DNA of 64,000 nt. It comes from Narcine bancroftii (Eukaryota). The position numbers were made by a program, and so were the translations under genes. Every line of letters starts with the position of its first letter. Within the stretch, counting starts at the first letter, position 1. The notes below the pieces were generated by a model. That model was not told the origin of the DNA. It did not search any database and saw only the letters and a list, made by a program, of their open reading frames with translations. Of this stretch, positions 38,640 to 51,514 are shown one piece after another. The stretch spans positions 41,602,001 through 41,666,000 of the forward strand of contig NC_091473.1 in the NCBI RefSeq assembly GCF_036971445.1, in the 5' to 3' direction.

Positions 38640-38842
38640 CAACTCTACGAAGAATTGACTTGACTGGAAATCAAATTACGGAAATAGAAGATAAAGCCTT
38701 CTCACAACTTCCACAACTGGAACATTTGTCACTTTCTGAAAACAGATTGATTCGTCTGCCTGCTTTACCAGCAAAACTTGTAATACTGAATGCACAACAT
38801 AACCGCATCAAAAGCAATGGAATAAAACGTAATGCTTTTAAG
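38640..38842 (+). CDS. OGN: Osteoglycin, fourth coding exon
   Basis: (P)[23 protein letters not shown]...[13 protein letters not shown]; 203 nt, phase 1 to 0; weak AAG acceptor, GTAACT donor. Confidence 0.95.
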
Positions 38843-40153
38843 GTAACTTTTAAGGATATACTTTTGAATATCAGGGCTCATTGTTTTAAGTTCACTTTGG
38901 GTTTGTTTTCCAGTTGCTGAACATTTTTTTGAATACACACGTCATCGAGCTAACAAGCACAAAAAGGAAATCTCTCCACAAAGGCAAATGTTATTTGAAT
39001 CAAGATAGTGAAATGTCTGTGAGCATCTTATCGTGGCTCCATCTTTGACACTGTGTTGAAAATTCCATATGATTGTGAGAAAGATATCCTTCATCCTCCT
39101 TATTTGCACCTTTTGACGTAACTGCCCACAGCATCATTTTCCAAAGTCATTGCACTAATGTCCAGTGGATGAAAGTGCATTGGCCTCATTTTATCCTTAT
39201 CTACTCACATTAAAAAATCCTACACCCTGTAGGAGCAAGTATAAGGCTAATAGTATGTCAAGTAGACAAAATGTAAACACCTATAATGTGAAGCATATAT
39301 AAACCCACATTTAACTAAACAGCTATAAAATTGTTTGAAAAACAGAAATTAGGACCAAGAGCATGCCATTCAACTGTTTGAGCTCAGCCTTCCATTCTAA
39401 TCAATTCTGGCCCATAATCAAACTTTTATCCCATATTCCTTGATATTTTCAGACATTTGTACTCATCCATCCAACCCATACTTGAATTTTCCAAAGCCAC
39501 TGCACAATTATCCAGTGGATGAAAGTACATTGGCCTGCTTTTATTCTTTTATATCCACACCAAAGAATTCTACATCATGTGGGACCTAGCATTAACTCAT
39601 CTAACCCTTGCTTGAGTTTATTTAATGATTTGGCCTCAAATTGATACATAATTCCACATCCATCACTGTATGTGTAAAGAAATGTCTCTTCCTCTCAGTT
39701 TTAAATAGGCTTCTCAGAATCTTTATACTTTAAATGTATAAGAATAAATTAATTAATATGAATATTAATGTATAATTAATACCGAGTTTCTCCAGCATTT
39801 TTTTTTACTTTAAATCACAGTGTCTGTTGACTTTTGTCTCTTACTCTTTATATTTTAATCCCTAGTTCTGCTTGCCCACCATTGGGAACAACTTTCCTGC
39901 ACTTCACCTACCCTCTCCCATCAGGATCTTAAAAGTTTCAATGAGGTGTCTTTTCTTTTTCTCCCTAAGTTCTAGCAAATACAATCAAAACTGTCCAAAT
40001 CTTTGCATTTGTCAGTCCAGCCTTCCCAAAAACAACCTCAATAGTTTCCAAGATTATGAAATTTAGTTGAAAACTGAGGACTATGCTGATTGCAAATGAT
40101 ATTTCGCTCAACAGCTTTCAAACAAATCTTATATTGCTGATTTTATTTTGCAG

Positions 40154-40249
40154 AACTTGGCAAATCTGCAATTTCTTTACCTTGGATACAACCACCTGAA
40201 CAAAGTACCTGCTAACTTGCCTCAAAGCATTCGCGTACTTCATTTACAG
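40154..40249 (+). CDS. OGN: Osteoglycin, fifth coding exon
   Basis: NLANLQFLYLGYNHLNKVPANLPQSIRVLHLQ; ttttgcag acceptor, GTTAGA donor; 96 nt. Confidence 0.96.
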
Positions 40250-40377
40250 GTTAGACAATTATCAAATGTTTAAAGGTAAAGGTAAAAAATCTATTATTGT
40301 CACGTAATATGTATAATAAATATGTACATTAAATATATATTTAGACTGAAACATACATGAAATTCTGTTCTTTGGAA

Positions 40378-41820
40378 AATTTTATTTAAAAGTTTCATAA
40401 AATTAAACATAAAATACAAAAAAAAACAAAATAAAATACAAAATACCCTTTCCCCTCCCTTAACTAAATTAAACTAAACTAAACTATTTCCCCCCCCCAG
40501 CCATAAACACACAAAAATAAACTGCCATTAAATACTAATTGTTTGGTGTGCTAACTCTGTACAAATCATTTACTTAAGATCTATAGCCAATCTATTCAAA
40601 ATATAGACTCCACATTTTAACAAAAAAAGAATAATTATTTTGCAAATTATAGGTTATTTTTTTCCAAATATGGACATGATTGTAATTCATTATGCCATCT
40701 TTGTATACTCAATTCTACATCATTTTTCCATGTAACAGCTATACATTTTCTCGCTACAGCTATCCCTAATCGTACAAAAGCTAAATATGGTTTATTCATC
40801 TGTAACCTTGCATTTAATACATTCATATAACCCAATAAACATATCATTGGATCCAATTGCAAATCAATTTTGAACAAATCTCTCAAAAACTTTACAACTT
40901 TTTCCCAAAAAGATTTAACTTTTCCACTTAAAAGTACCTATCTGTTCCCCACATCTAAAACACAAATCAGACAAACTAAATCCATATTTCTTCAATTTCT
41001 CAGGAATTAAATATAATTGATGTACAAAATTATAATTGACCATATTATACCTTACATTAAGTAATTTTGTAACACTATCAGTACATATATTTGATCATTC
41101 TTCCCAAGACAAAACAATATCTAAATCTTTCTCCCATTTCTCCTTCATTTTTTCGTGTAACAACCCATACATATCTGAAATAAACTCCTTTTCACATTTA
41201 TCTGCAATTCGTTTGACCTGGCAAAACCAAATCCCATCCAAAATTTGTTTGTAAAAATTCCAAACTTGATAATAAACAAATAAAGAATTTGGCGAAATAC
41301 CAAACTTCTCTCGTAATCTATTAAATATATAAAATCTTCCTGCCTCAAAACAATCCTGTATCATACCTATTCCTTTCATTTCTCAATCTTTCAAATAAGG
41401 ATTATATAAAGAAAAAGGAATTAATTTATTTTGATATATCGGTGATTTTATAGATATTTTTCCTTTAGAACCTATAGATTGATTTCGTTTGTACCAAATA
41501 TTCATTATATGTCACAACACAGGTAATCTATACGTTTGTAACAATAAAGGATTCCATCTATAAATAAAATGACTAATATTATCTTGAACAATCTGATCCA
41601 ACTCAATTTTTGCCCATCTAGGTGGTTGCTCAATATCAAATAACCTATTAATAAATTTCAATTGCGCTGCTTTTTGAAAATGTGGTAATTGTAGACCACC
41701 TAATTCATGTAAATTAAACTGAATTACTTTATTTAATTCCTTAAAAAATTTTCTTTGGTATTACACTTGGTATAGATTGAAAAAGATATTGTATTCGGGG
41801 ATAAATATTCATCTTAACAC
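40378..41820 (-). mobile_element. L1/Tx1-type LINE 3' portion
   Basis: ORF2 C-terminal remnants (GGLQLP, CFRCG, ARKCIAVTWK) and a TTTATT 3' end at ~40380. Confidence 0.85.
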
Positions 41821-41969
41821 AAGTCTCCATGTATCTATTATCATCAGGAGGAAACAAAATTCATTCTGCACAAATTGGAATCATTGTTGTCATAAAGAGA
41901 AATAGCAGGATATTTGGATAAAGATAAAAGTTGTTAGCATTTCTTCTTAAAAATGAAATGTTCAACAAA

Positions 41970-44900
41970 TTACAAGATAAAGAAGCAGAAGCAGGCCCAT
42001 CGAGTCTGTTCCATGACTCGACACTAAGCTAAACTTTGCTCACACCTAGTTCCAATTTCCAGTCTTTTCTCCATATTTTTTGATACCCTTACTAATGAGA
42101 TACTTATCCATTTCCTGTTTAAATATTCCCAGTGATCTGGCCTCCACTGCTTTGTGCGACAGTGAGTTCCATAGATCCTCGACTCTCTGACTAAAAAAGT
42201 TCTTCCTCCTTTCTGTTTTAATTGGAGAACCTAATTTTAAGACTATTACCCCTTGTCCTCGATTCACCCATCAAGGGAAACATCTTAACCACATTCACTC
42301 TGTCAAAACCTTTCAACATTCGAAATGTCTCTATGAGATCCCCCTCATTCTCCTATCTTCCAATGAATACAACCCAAGAGCTGCTGAACACTCCTCATAC
42401 GTTAGCTTCTGCATTCCAAGAATCATCGTAGTAAATCTCCTCTGCACCCTCTCCAACAACATCACATCCTTTCTAAGATAGGGGACCCAAAACTCTACAC
42501 AGTACTCCAAATGGGATCTCACCAGTGCCCCATAGAGTCTCATTAACACCTCTACTCTTATACACTATTCCTCTTTGCACCTCCAAGGATTGAATTTTCT
42601 CCCCATCCAAATGGTACTCTGTCTGTTTATTTCCACTGCCAAAATGTAGAACATTGTACTTCATCTACCATATTTTTGCCCAGTCTCTCAAACTGTCTAT
42701 ATCCCTCTGCAATTTTACAGTTTCTTCAACACTTCCTGCTCCACCACCTATCTTAGTATTGACCACAAAACCATTCATTCCACAATCCAAATCATTAATA
42801 TAAATTGTAAACAGCAACAGCCCCAAGGTCGACCTTGCAGAACACCACTTGTTACGGGGAGCCATCCTGAACGGGATCCCTTAATTTCAACACTTTGCTT
42901 CCTCCCTATCAACCAATTTTCTATCCAGTCTAATAGCATCCCTGTAATTACATGGGCCCCCATCTAATTTAGCAGCCTAACATGCGGCACCTTATCGAAA
43001 GCCTTTTGAAACTCCAAATATATTACATCCATAGCCTCCCCTTTGTCTATCCTACTTGTGATTTCTTCAAAAAATTTTAATAGGTTGGTCAGGCAAGATC
43101 TACCCTTTAAAAAACCATGCTGACTAGGACCTATCCTGTCATGCATTTCAAGGTATTTCATAACTTCATCCTTGACAATTGACTTTAATATCTTCCCAAC
43201 CACTAACGCCAGACTTATAGGTCTATAGTTTCCTTTTTTCTGTTTCCCAACTTTCTTGTACAGCAGAACAACATTTGCAACCTTCCAATCCCCTGGAATC
43301 ATGCCCGAGACTATTGATTTCTAGAAGATTGTCACCAATAGATCCACAATCTCCAAAGCCATCTCTTTCAAAACCCACGGGTGTACCTCGTCCGGTCCCG
43401 GAGATTTATCTATCTTTAATCCATTCAATTTACCTTGCACAATTTCTCTAGTAATCTGTATCCAACTCTACTCCCTGAAGCCTCCGTCTGTGAGGGATAT
43501 TATTAATGTCTTCCACAGTGAATACTGACATAAAATATTGATTTAATTCTTCTGCCATTTCTTTATAACTCATTATAATTTCCCCAGCATCATTTTCTAT
43601 CAGTCCTGTGTCAACATGTGTCTTTATATATTTAAAAAAACTCTTAGTATCCTTTTTTATATTGTTTGCCAATCTCCTTTCATAACTCATCTTTTCTTTC
43701 CTTATGACTTTCTTTATTTCTTTCTGCAAGCTTTTAAAGGAATCCCAGTCTTCTGATTTCCCACTAATTTTAGCTTCCTTGTATGCCCTCCCCTTTGCTT
43801 TTATCTTAGCCTTCACTTCTTTTGTTAGCCACATTGGTACCATCTTTCCTTTGCTTTTCCAGTCGATGAGCCAGTTACTTTCTCATACCACCATCATTTC
43901 CTTTATTCCACTGAAAAATTGATATATCCAATAACATTTTTACCTTCAAATTTGAAATTGAATTCAACCATGTAATAGTCACTGCTTCCTAGAGGTTCTA
44001 AGATATTTAACTCCCTAACGACCTCAGGTTAATTGCACATGATCCAATCAAGAATGGCTGATCTCCTGGTGGGCTTCTCAACAAGCTTTTCAAAAAATCC
44101 ATCTCTTAGGTTTTCTACAAACTCACTCTCCTGTGATCCAGTAATTCCTTCCCAATACCGCCATGTTATAATATCCCATAATTATTTTGATATTATCTTT
44201 GTGACATGCCCTTTATATTTCTGTCTGAATCTCATAGTCCACTTCCTGATTGCTGTTTGGGGGGGGGGGGGGGGGTCCTGTATTCAATTGTTAATATGAT
44301 CTTTTTACCCTTCCTTGGTATTTCTTAATTCAACCCATACTGATTCCACCACTTTAGACCCCATGTCCCTTCTTTCTATTGATTTAATGTCATTACTTAA
44401 CATCAGAGCCACCCCTCCACCTCTACTCTCCCGCCTACCTTTCCTATAGACTATGTATCCTTGGATTTTGAGCTCCCAATCGCATGCCTCATTGAGCCAT
44501 GTTTCAGTAATGGCCACAATATCATACCTTTTTAGTTGAATCTGAGCAACCAGGTCATCTACTTTGTTTCTGATGTTACGTGCATTTAAGTATAGTGCCC
44601 ATAAGCCTGTTATCAATGTCGTTTGTGCTGTATTCCTGTTGAACAGCTCTTTTTCCTGTCTGCTCATCTGCCTTTCCTTTATGTCATTATTGATCATCTC
44701 TTTACTATTAATTTCTACCTCTGTTGTAATTCCCTGTCTCACTGCTATCCTATTCTCTTTGCTCTTATTTTGATTTCCCTCCTCCTAAAAAGCTAGTTTA
44801 AACCCTCCTCAATGGCTATAGCAAACCCTCCTGCCAGGATATTGGTCCCCTTCCAGTTTAGGTGTAGCCCAACCTTGTTATAGAAGTGTGACCTTCCCCA

Positions 44901-45705
44901 GAAGCGATCCCAATGATGTAGGAATCTGAAGCCCTGCCCCCTACACCAACTCTTTAGTCACGCATTCATCTGCCATAACTTACTATTTGTACCCGGTCCA
45001 GAATGTGGCACAGGCAGCAATCCAGAGATTACCACCTTCGAGGTCCTGTCTTTTAACTTTCCACCTAACTCCCTATATTCCCTCTTGAGGACCTCGTCTC
45101 TATCGATGTCATCGATCCCCACGAGGACCATGACATCCGGCTGCTCTCCCTCCCCTTCCAGAATGCTGCTGAGACGATTTGAGACATCCCTGACCCTGGC
45201 ACCTGGGAGGCAACATATCATCCATGAGTCTCTATCCATTCCAGAAAATGTCCTGTCTGCCCCCCCCTAACCAACGAGACCCCTATTACTAATGCTCTCC
45301 TCTTCTCAGCCCTTCCCTTCTGAGCCGAGGAGTCAATTTCTGTGCCAGAAATTTGACCGCCTCGACTCATCCCTGGTAGATTGTCCCCAGCAGCAGTGGG
45401 AACATCCACAGGGGTACTCTACATTACTGGTCCCTTCCTTTTATAATTGCAGTAAATATTTATGGACATAGAGCACACAGAAGAATTTTGCCACATCTAT
45501 GCATATTTGTTTGCAATTTTTCTTGTGCTTCAGATTCCAGCAAAAAGCCTGGTCCCTTCCTTTTACCTACCCATCTATCTGCATCCTGCCCATTTGGGGT
45601 GACTACCTCTCTGTAATTCCTCTCTATGACTGCCTCGGCCTCCTGAATAACCCGCAGCTCATCCAGTTCCAGCTCCAGTTGCCAAACTCGGTCAGTAGTG
45701 GTAAA
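41970..45705 (-). mobile_element. Near-full-length degraded CR1 LINE (ORF1 SGNH esterase, ORF2 EN-RT)
   Basis: ORF1 pieces CCLPGARV and VVISGLLPVP; EN LYLNARNIRNK...IVAITETWL; RT NYRPISL, GFLKGRSCLTNL, FQKAFDKVPH; many frameshifts. Confidence 0.92.
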
Positions 45706-46129
45706 GTTCAAACCTCAATGTGGATTGTGGAATGCTGTTTGGATAGGCATTTATCCAAATAAAAATGGCTCTTCAATCAATAAATGCATCATCATTGATG
45801 TACGAAACAGAAATATGCTGTTCACATTCTCATAGCTTACATCAGATCCAAAATCTAGGACATGTGCAAGGAGTCACAGGAGTATATGGTGTTGACAATT
45901 GTTAATGCTTGTAATATCCAGATTCTGAATGACCTGTATTTGAAAATATATTCAGAGGTATCTGCAATCAATATCTAAAAAAAATATGAGCATTTATGAT
46001 ATAGATATAGGGAGCAAATGACAAATTCATTTATCAAGACTTCAATATTTCTCAAGCAGCATAAAAGTTTTAAATCAAGTCAAATCAGAAATTTAATATT
46101 TTCAGTAACATTTTATTTTTATCTTACAG

Positions 46130-46315
46130 CATAACAATATATCTTCTATTACGGATAGTACATTTTGCAAACCCCTGGATGCCAGTTACCTCCGTGAACA
46201 ACTGACTGAGATACGGCTTGAAGAAAATCCTATCAATTTGGCAGAATACCCCAATAGCTATATTTGCTTGAAAAGACTGCCTATTGGGAGGCCGTATTTT
46301 GGGAGAGTACATTAA
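46130..46315 (+). CDS. OGN: Osteoglycin, last coding exon
   Basis: [14 protein letters not shown]...[11 protein letters not shown]...[21 protein letters not shown]; cttacag acceptor; spliced CDS is 933 nt = 310 aa. Confidence 0.97.
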   Translation, partial: HNNISSITDSTFCKPLDASYLREQLTEIRLEENPINLAEYPNSYICLKRLPIGRPYFGRVH

Positions 46316-46772
46316 TCTTAAAAATGAAAACCATTAATCAGAAATGACTTAATGCTTATAGAAGAATATCAGGGTAAATTCATGGTTATTGCATTGTACC
46401 CGTGAACTCTATAGTATACTCACATCATACCAACATCCTTATATTTAACAAAATTCTGTTTTTTCTCAATAGAATACACAAGTTTTATTTCACATCATTA
46501 AAAACATCATAATTCATTTACTGCAAAAAAAATACAACTGTAAGCTTTTATACCCTATTTACATTTGATTAAAGTTACACATATTACTGTTTGACCTTTA
46601 ATTTCTCAAATACATTGTCTTTCAGTCAATCAAGATAACATCCAATCCACATACAGTTCTTCATGGAACTGTTTCATAAAAATGCAGCTGCACACCACTT
46701 ATAAACATGAGGCCACCTAACCAGATTCTATTTATTCAAAAATAAGAGAATCTACCAAAAACAAAGAAGCTT

Positions 46773-46826
46773 TGTACATATAAATAAATGGAGAAAAAGA
46801 AGCAATCATACAGTTGCAAAAATAAA
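46773..46826 (+). terminator. Candidate OGN polyadenylation signals
   Basis: TGTA at 46773 followed by AATAAA at 46783-46788 and a second AATAAA at ~46821; ATTAAA variants earlier. Confidence 0.45.
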
Positions 46827-48590
46827 AAACCATTAAATCTATCGTTGTTTCAACAGACCCACTCATTTTCTAATGGATTATATAACTGTAACCTCCTAAA
46901 TCATAAATATTATACAGTATAATACATAGGAACTACAACTTGGAGATTGTACGCTGAAAAAAGCTACAATTAATACTTTTAATTCAGCACAAATATAATT
47001 TACTCACTGCAGAATGGTGGGAAAAAACTCAAAGCAGTTGAGATGAACCTTCTTACAGATATTTGATTTAATATTTTCAGAAAGTAAGGCAACTACACCA
47101 AGAGGATTGAGAAAGAGGGAATCCAATTTAGAAACAACATCACATTTCTTCAAGACAGCCTTAAATCCATTGACATGATCAATTAATTTTCCTGTATTCA
47201 GTAACCCCCATCCACCTCAATCTGGTTCCACTATTTCTATATTTTCTTTAACTATTCATGTTGTTGCTTTTCTCTCTCACCCATTTCCCTTCCCCTTCTA
47301 GTGCACTCTTCCTTTTACCTCTCTCACCTCTCCCACCTTCTTCTGTTTAATACCTTGCCATCTCTTGGCCCTACCTAGTCCATGTCCCACTGTTTTTTTC
47401 CCTGTTTTATATACTTGAAATTGCCCCATCTTACTTTAACCTCAATGACAGGTCCCAAAACATTGACTGACAATTTCTATACATGGATGCTCTCTGAACC
47501 ATTGATTTCAACTTGCTTTTTTGTTCTCTTTGTTCACTCAAAATTCCAGAATCTGCAGTTTTTCTAAACTAATTTGAAATATAATTGCAGTAAATATTTA
47601 TGGACATAGAGCACACAGAAGAATTTTGCCACATCTATGCATATTTCTGTTTGCAATTTTTCTTGTGCTTCAGATTCCAGCAAAAAGCCTGGAATTGTCT
47701 CAAGGAATGCATTATGCTAATAAAAGAGAACACTACATATAATTTCAAAGTCAATACACAATAGCCCATGGAATTTGGAAGGGAGCAAAATAACAACCTG
47801 TAGTTGGGGAAGTTGTTGGAAGAATCATAGAGCACATTGTGCCAGGACCTACCCACACTTAGGCGAGATGCAAAGGGCCAATCTGACTAACACAGAACCA
47901 AAGAGTTGAGCAGCAAAGCACAGCAAAATGTTCATAGTACATTGGCCTGAGGCACTGTACCAAATTGTATCAAAATCTGTACAGCTATTTTCTTGATTGA
48001 ACAGGTTAAAATTCAAGTATTGAAATAAATTTTTTAAATTGGTAAATTAAAAACCATGAATGTCATTCAAATCACTTATACATGCAATAATATTTAAAAA
48101 ATATCTTCCACATATGCCAGATTAAGAATCCTCACCAAAAATGTTGCTTGGCAAAGGTCGGATCAGAAAGGCAGATTCCACCGCATAATGCTGAGGGGCC
48201 AAACAAGACTGTGATTTGGGATGAGTGCAAGAAAGTGGTACTGTGATGGGATGAATATGAGACCTCCAACCCCCATCTTCCATTCCCTATATCCCTATTA
48301 CATTATTGGATTGCAACAACAGAGAATTGACAGATGTGGTGGTATCTTCCACTCAGCAAGTACCAAGCTAAGAGTCTATTTGCAGAACAATAGAACTTGC
48401 ATCTGAGTAAGGGACTGCTGGCCACTGTCAGTATGATTCAGTCCAGTTTCTATTTATTCATCAGTCCTTTATCTGAATTCTGCTTTGTGTTGCTCACACA
48501 AGTTTTCAAGTTCCAACGCAAAAGATTTGTAAAATGATAAAAAAATTAATAAAATATTTTACAACAGATTGTTAAATTATTTTGTCCTAC

Positions 48591-48687
48591 CTTGAAATGT
48601 CTGAAGGTACTTCGGCGATATTCATACCATTTTGCAAAGACTGAGATAGTTCTGAAAAACAGTAGGAGACTCTTCCTTTCTTCAGTT
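48591..48687 (-). CDS. CENPP: Centromere protein P, internal exon (host gene of the SLRP cluster)
   Basis: 97-nt exon with ttttgtag acceptor and AAG|GTAGGA donor; encodes (R)TEERKSLLLFFRTISVFAKWYEYRRSTFRHFK, matching human CENP-P RAEERKDLFMFFRSLHFFVEWFEYRKRTFKHLK as recalled; expected syntenic position beside OGN. Confidence 0.9.
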
Positions 48688-48825
48688 CTACAAAAAAAAG
48701 TTGGTTAAAAATACTAAAAATCTAAATAGAGTTTCAACTTGCATTTTAACATAACGCTATGATAAAATACACTAATAATAAACAAGTTATTGCCAATAAA
48801 AATCAGAAAGTATTGCAGATGCCAG

Positions 48826-49570
48826 TTAGAGTGCAGGAGGCCACAGACAACCATCAAATTGGATATAGCTTGATGAATTCAAGTTGCAGGGAATTGAAAG
48901 TTCAGTGTTCGTCCAGCTACTCCTATAAATGATCACCCAATCCGCATTTGGGTTCTCTGATGTAGAGGAGGCTACATTTAGCAATAATTGCATAATAGAT
49001 TGGAAAGGGCAAGTGAATTGATGTCTTACCCAAAAAAAACCATTGGGATCCCTTGGTGAGGAAGGAAGAGATGAAAAGCCAGGTGCTGTACCTCTTGGAG
49101 TTGCATGAGAAAATACAACGACCCATAGATGGAGATGGATGAGCAATTCAGGGAGCCATTAAGAGATTGATCCTTTCAAAATGCTGAGAGGGAAGGGCAG
49201 GGACATATGTGGCAAAACCTTGTTAGAGCTGGTAAATATTGGGAAAAATGATGCACAGGGTGGGTGAAAGGTAAGGATGTGTGGAATGCTGTAATTGGCC
49301 TGTCCAGGACAAGAAGGGGTGAGAACAGTGAAAGGCTCCATGGTATGGTACCACTATGGTAGAGGGTAAGCTTTGATTAAGGAAGAAGGAAGACACTCTA
49401 AGCCATCTGTGTGAAATGTCTCACTATTAACACAAATGTAATCGAAATACTGTAGTGGAAATGAGAGAATGCAGGATGGAGGAAGCATAATCACTGGTAT
49501 CTGTGAGCTTATTGTGAATGTTGGTGGCTAGGCCATTCTCTGAGAATCAGTTGGAAAGATCCAGAAAAGG
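48826..49570 (-). mobile_element. Penelope-like element fragment (GIY-YIG endonuclease remnant)
   Basis: F.VR..FTC and KCSLLYIREPKCGLGDH resemble the GIY-YIG motif LYIGETKR.L..R. Confidence 0.6.
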
Positions 49571-49869
49571 AAAGAAGGAATCACAATGACAGGTTTCCAA
49601 ATCAACAATACAGAATTTTGAATCACAGTCCATTAAAGGAAATATCATGAAACTTACAAGTCTCCATTAAAAGTATACTGTTAGCTTTTTATCTATCCTC
49701 CAGTGTCTCTATCAGTTCCAACAAATTATTAAACAATGACAATAGTGCCTCTGCTTTCTCTTCGGATTCTTGTCAAATGTGTGAAATAATCAGAAGTTTT
49801 CAGATTTAATGAGAGGAGAAAATATTTCCTATCTTTGTGTCAAAGATGGTTTTATTATTTTTATTATTT

Positions 49870-50075
49870 AATACACAAAAGTGCTGGAGAAATTCAGCCA
49901 AGGCACACATAAGAAGCAAAGGGATAGAACCAATGTTTCGCCCCCAAACCTTCATCAAGGTAGCGCTCAGGCCAAAATGGTGGTTCTATCCCTTTGCTTC
50001 CTATAGATGCTGCATGACCTGCTGACTTTCTCAAGTATTTTTATGTATTGCACTACAATCACAGCATCTGAAGAC
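49870..50075. mobile_element. Short interspersed repeat (tgctggagaaa.tcagc...gctga.tttctc family)
   Basis: Related copies at ~63470-63570 and ~39780-39840; family not identified with certainty. Confidence 0.5.
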
Positions 50076-50809
50076 TTTCCTTATTATTTCTGATCTCTTT
50101 TGTCCAATATTTATGCAATAATCTTCCTGGATAACACTAATATTTTTGTCCTTTGCTATTAGTGATGTTATGCTCATAATACCTTTGTGCCTGGTATGTC
50201 ACACCTAACCAATTGGATTTTTCTTTCCAGACAGTCAAAAACGCTTCAATAGGTTTGCAAAAGCCATTTGTTTCCACTTGTTTCTCAAGAAGCCTCTGAT
50301 TTGTTTACAGTGTGGGAATGAAACAATTAAAATCAGATTTTTAGAAGGCTAGATAAAAATGTAATCTAGATAAAAATGGATTACTCTTTGAAAACTGCAT
50401 GATTTACAGCAGTTCTTGGAACTGATATTTGGATGTTGCTCACTACTATAAACTGGGACATTAATTTTCACTGCATTACTATTTCTTAAATTTAAAAACT
50501 ACCAAAGGATTTCTGTATTATATTTATAAACACTGCATTTTTAATGCTTTTTAAGCATACACTTAAAGGACATAGTACTTTAAAAGGTGTTAAATTTAGA
50601 CATATTACATTAACATGACTTAATACTGAAACAAATCATTTAAAGATTCTTTGGAGATTGGTTCTCCCCAAATTTTCAACTGCAATCTTTTGTGGTAACC
50701 CTTCAGGTTACTTCCAACATGTTCGCACAAAATGCCATCTGGACAGCTGCAATTCAGTACTTTAATGGACAGATTAGAGCAGGCCAGTGTATGGAATGTC
50801 CAGAAGTTA

Positions 50810-51512
50810 GAACATGAACACAGAACAGTGTAGCAAGGGCCCTTTGGCTCAGTGTTTGCACTGAACATAATGCATAAATTAAACAAACTCTGTTGCCTGC
50901 ACATGATACAAATCCCTTCATATACTATATTTTCTGGTGTCCATCCAGAAATCTCTAAGCATTACTGTTGAATCTGTTCCCACCACCACTCCTGGCAGCC
51001 TATTCCAGCCTAGTACTGTTGCATATATGAAAAGAAACTTGCCCCACACATCCCCCTGCACCCACAACCCTTCATAATTTTATAAACTTCTCTCAGGTCT
51101 CTCCTCAGCATCTGACACTGCTGAGAAAACAATACAGGTTTGTCCTACCTCTCCTCATAACTCAAACCTCTAGTCCATGGTATCAACCTGGTAAAACTCT
51201 TCATGTACTATTTCCAAAGCCGCCACATCCTTCTTGAAATACGCGTAAAGTTTCATGAGCTGCAACAATCTCCTTTCTTTATATTCAATGTCCTGCCTTA
51301 TGATGGGACACATATCGTATATCTTCTTTACCATGCTAATTTCCAGAACCTATAGACCTGAATCCCCAGATCCCACTTCACATCAATTCCTTCAAGAGTC
51401 CTGCCATTAACCTTATGTATTCTCTTTATATTTGACTTCTCAATGTGCAGCACCTCACAATTGTCTGGATTAAACTCCATCTGCCATTTCTCTGCCTTAT
51501 GTGAAACTGATC
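50810..51512 (-). mobile_element. CR1-type LINE 3' fragment
   Basis: Similar to the CR1 tail at 6380-7200. Confidence 0.7.
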
Positions 51513-51514
51513 TA

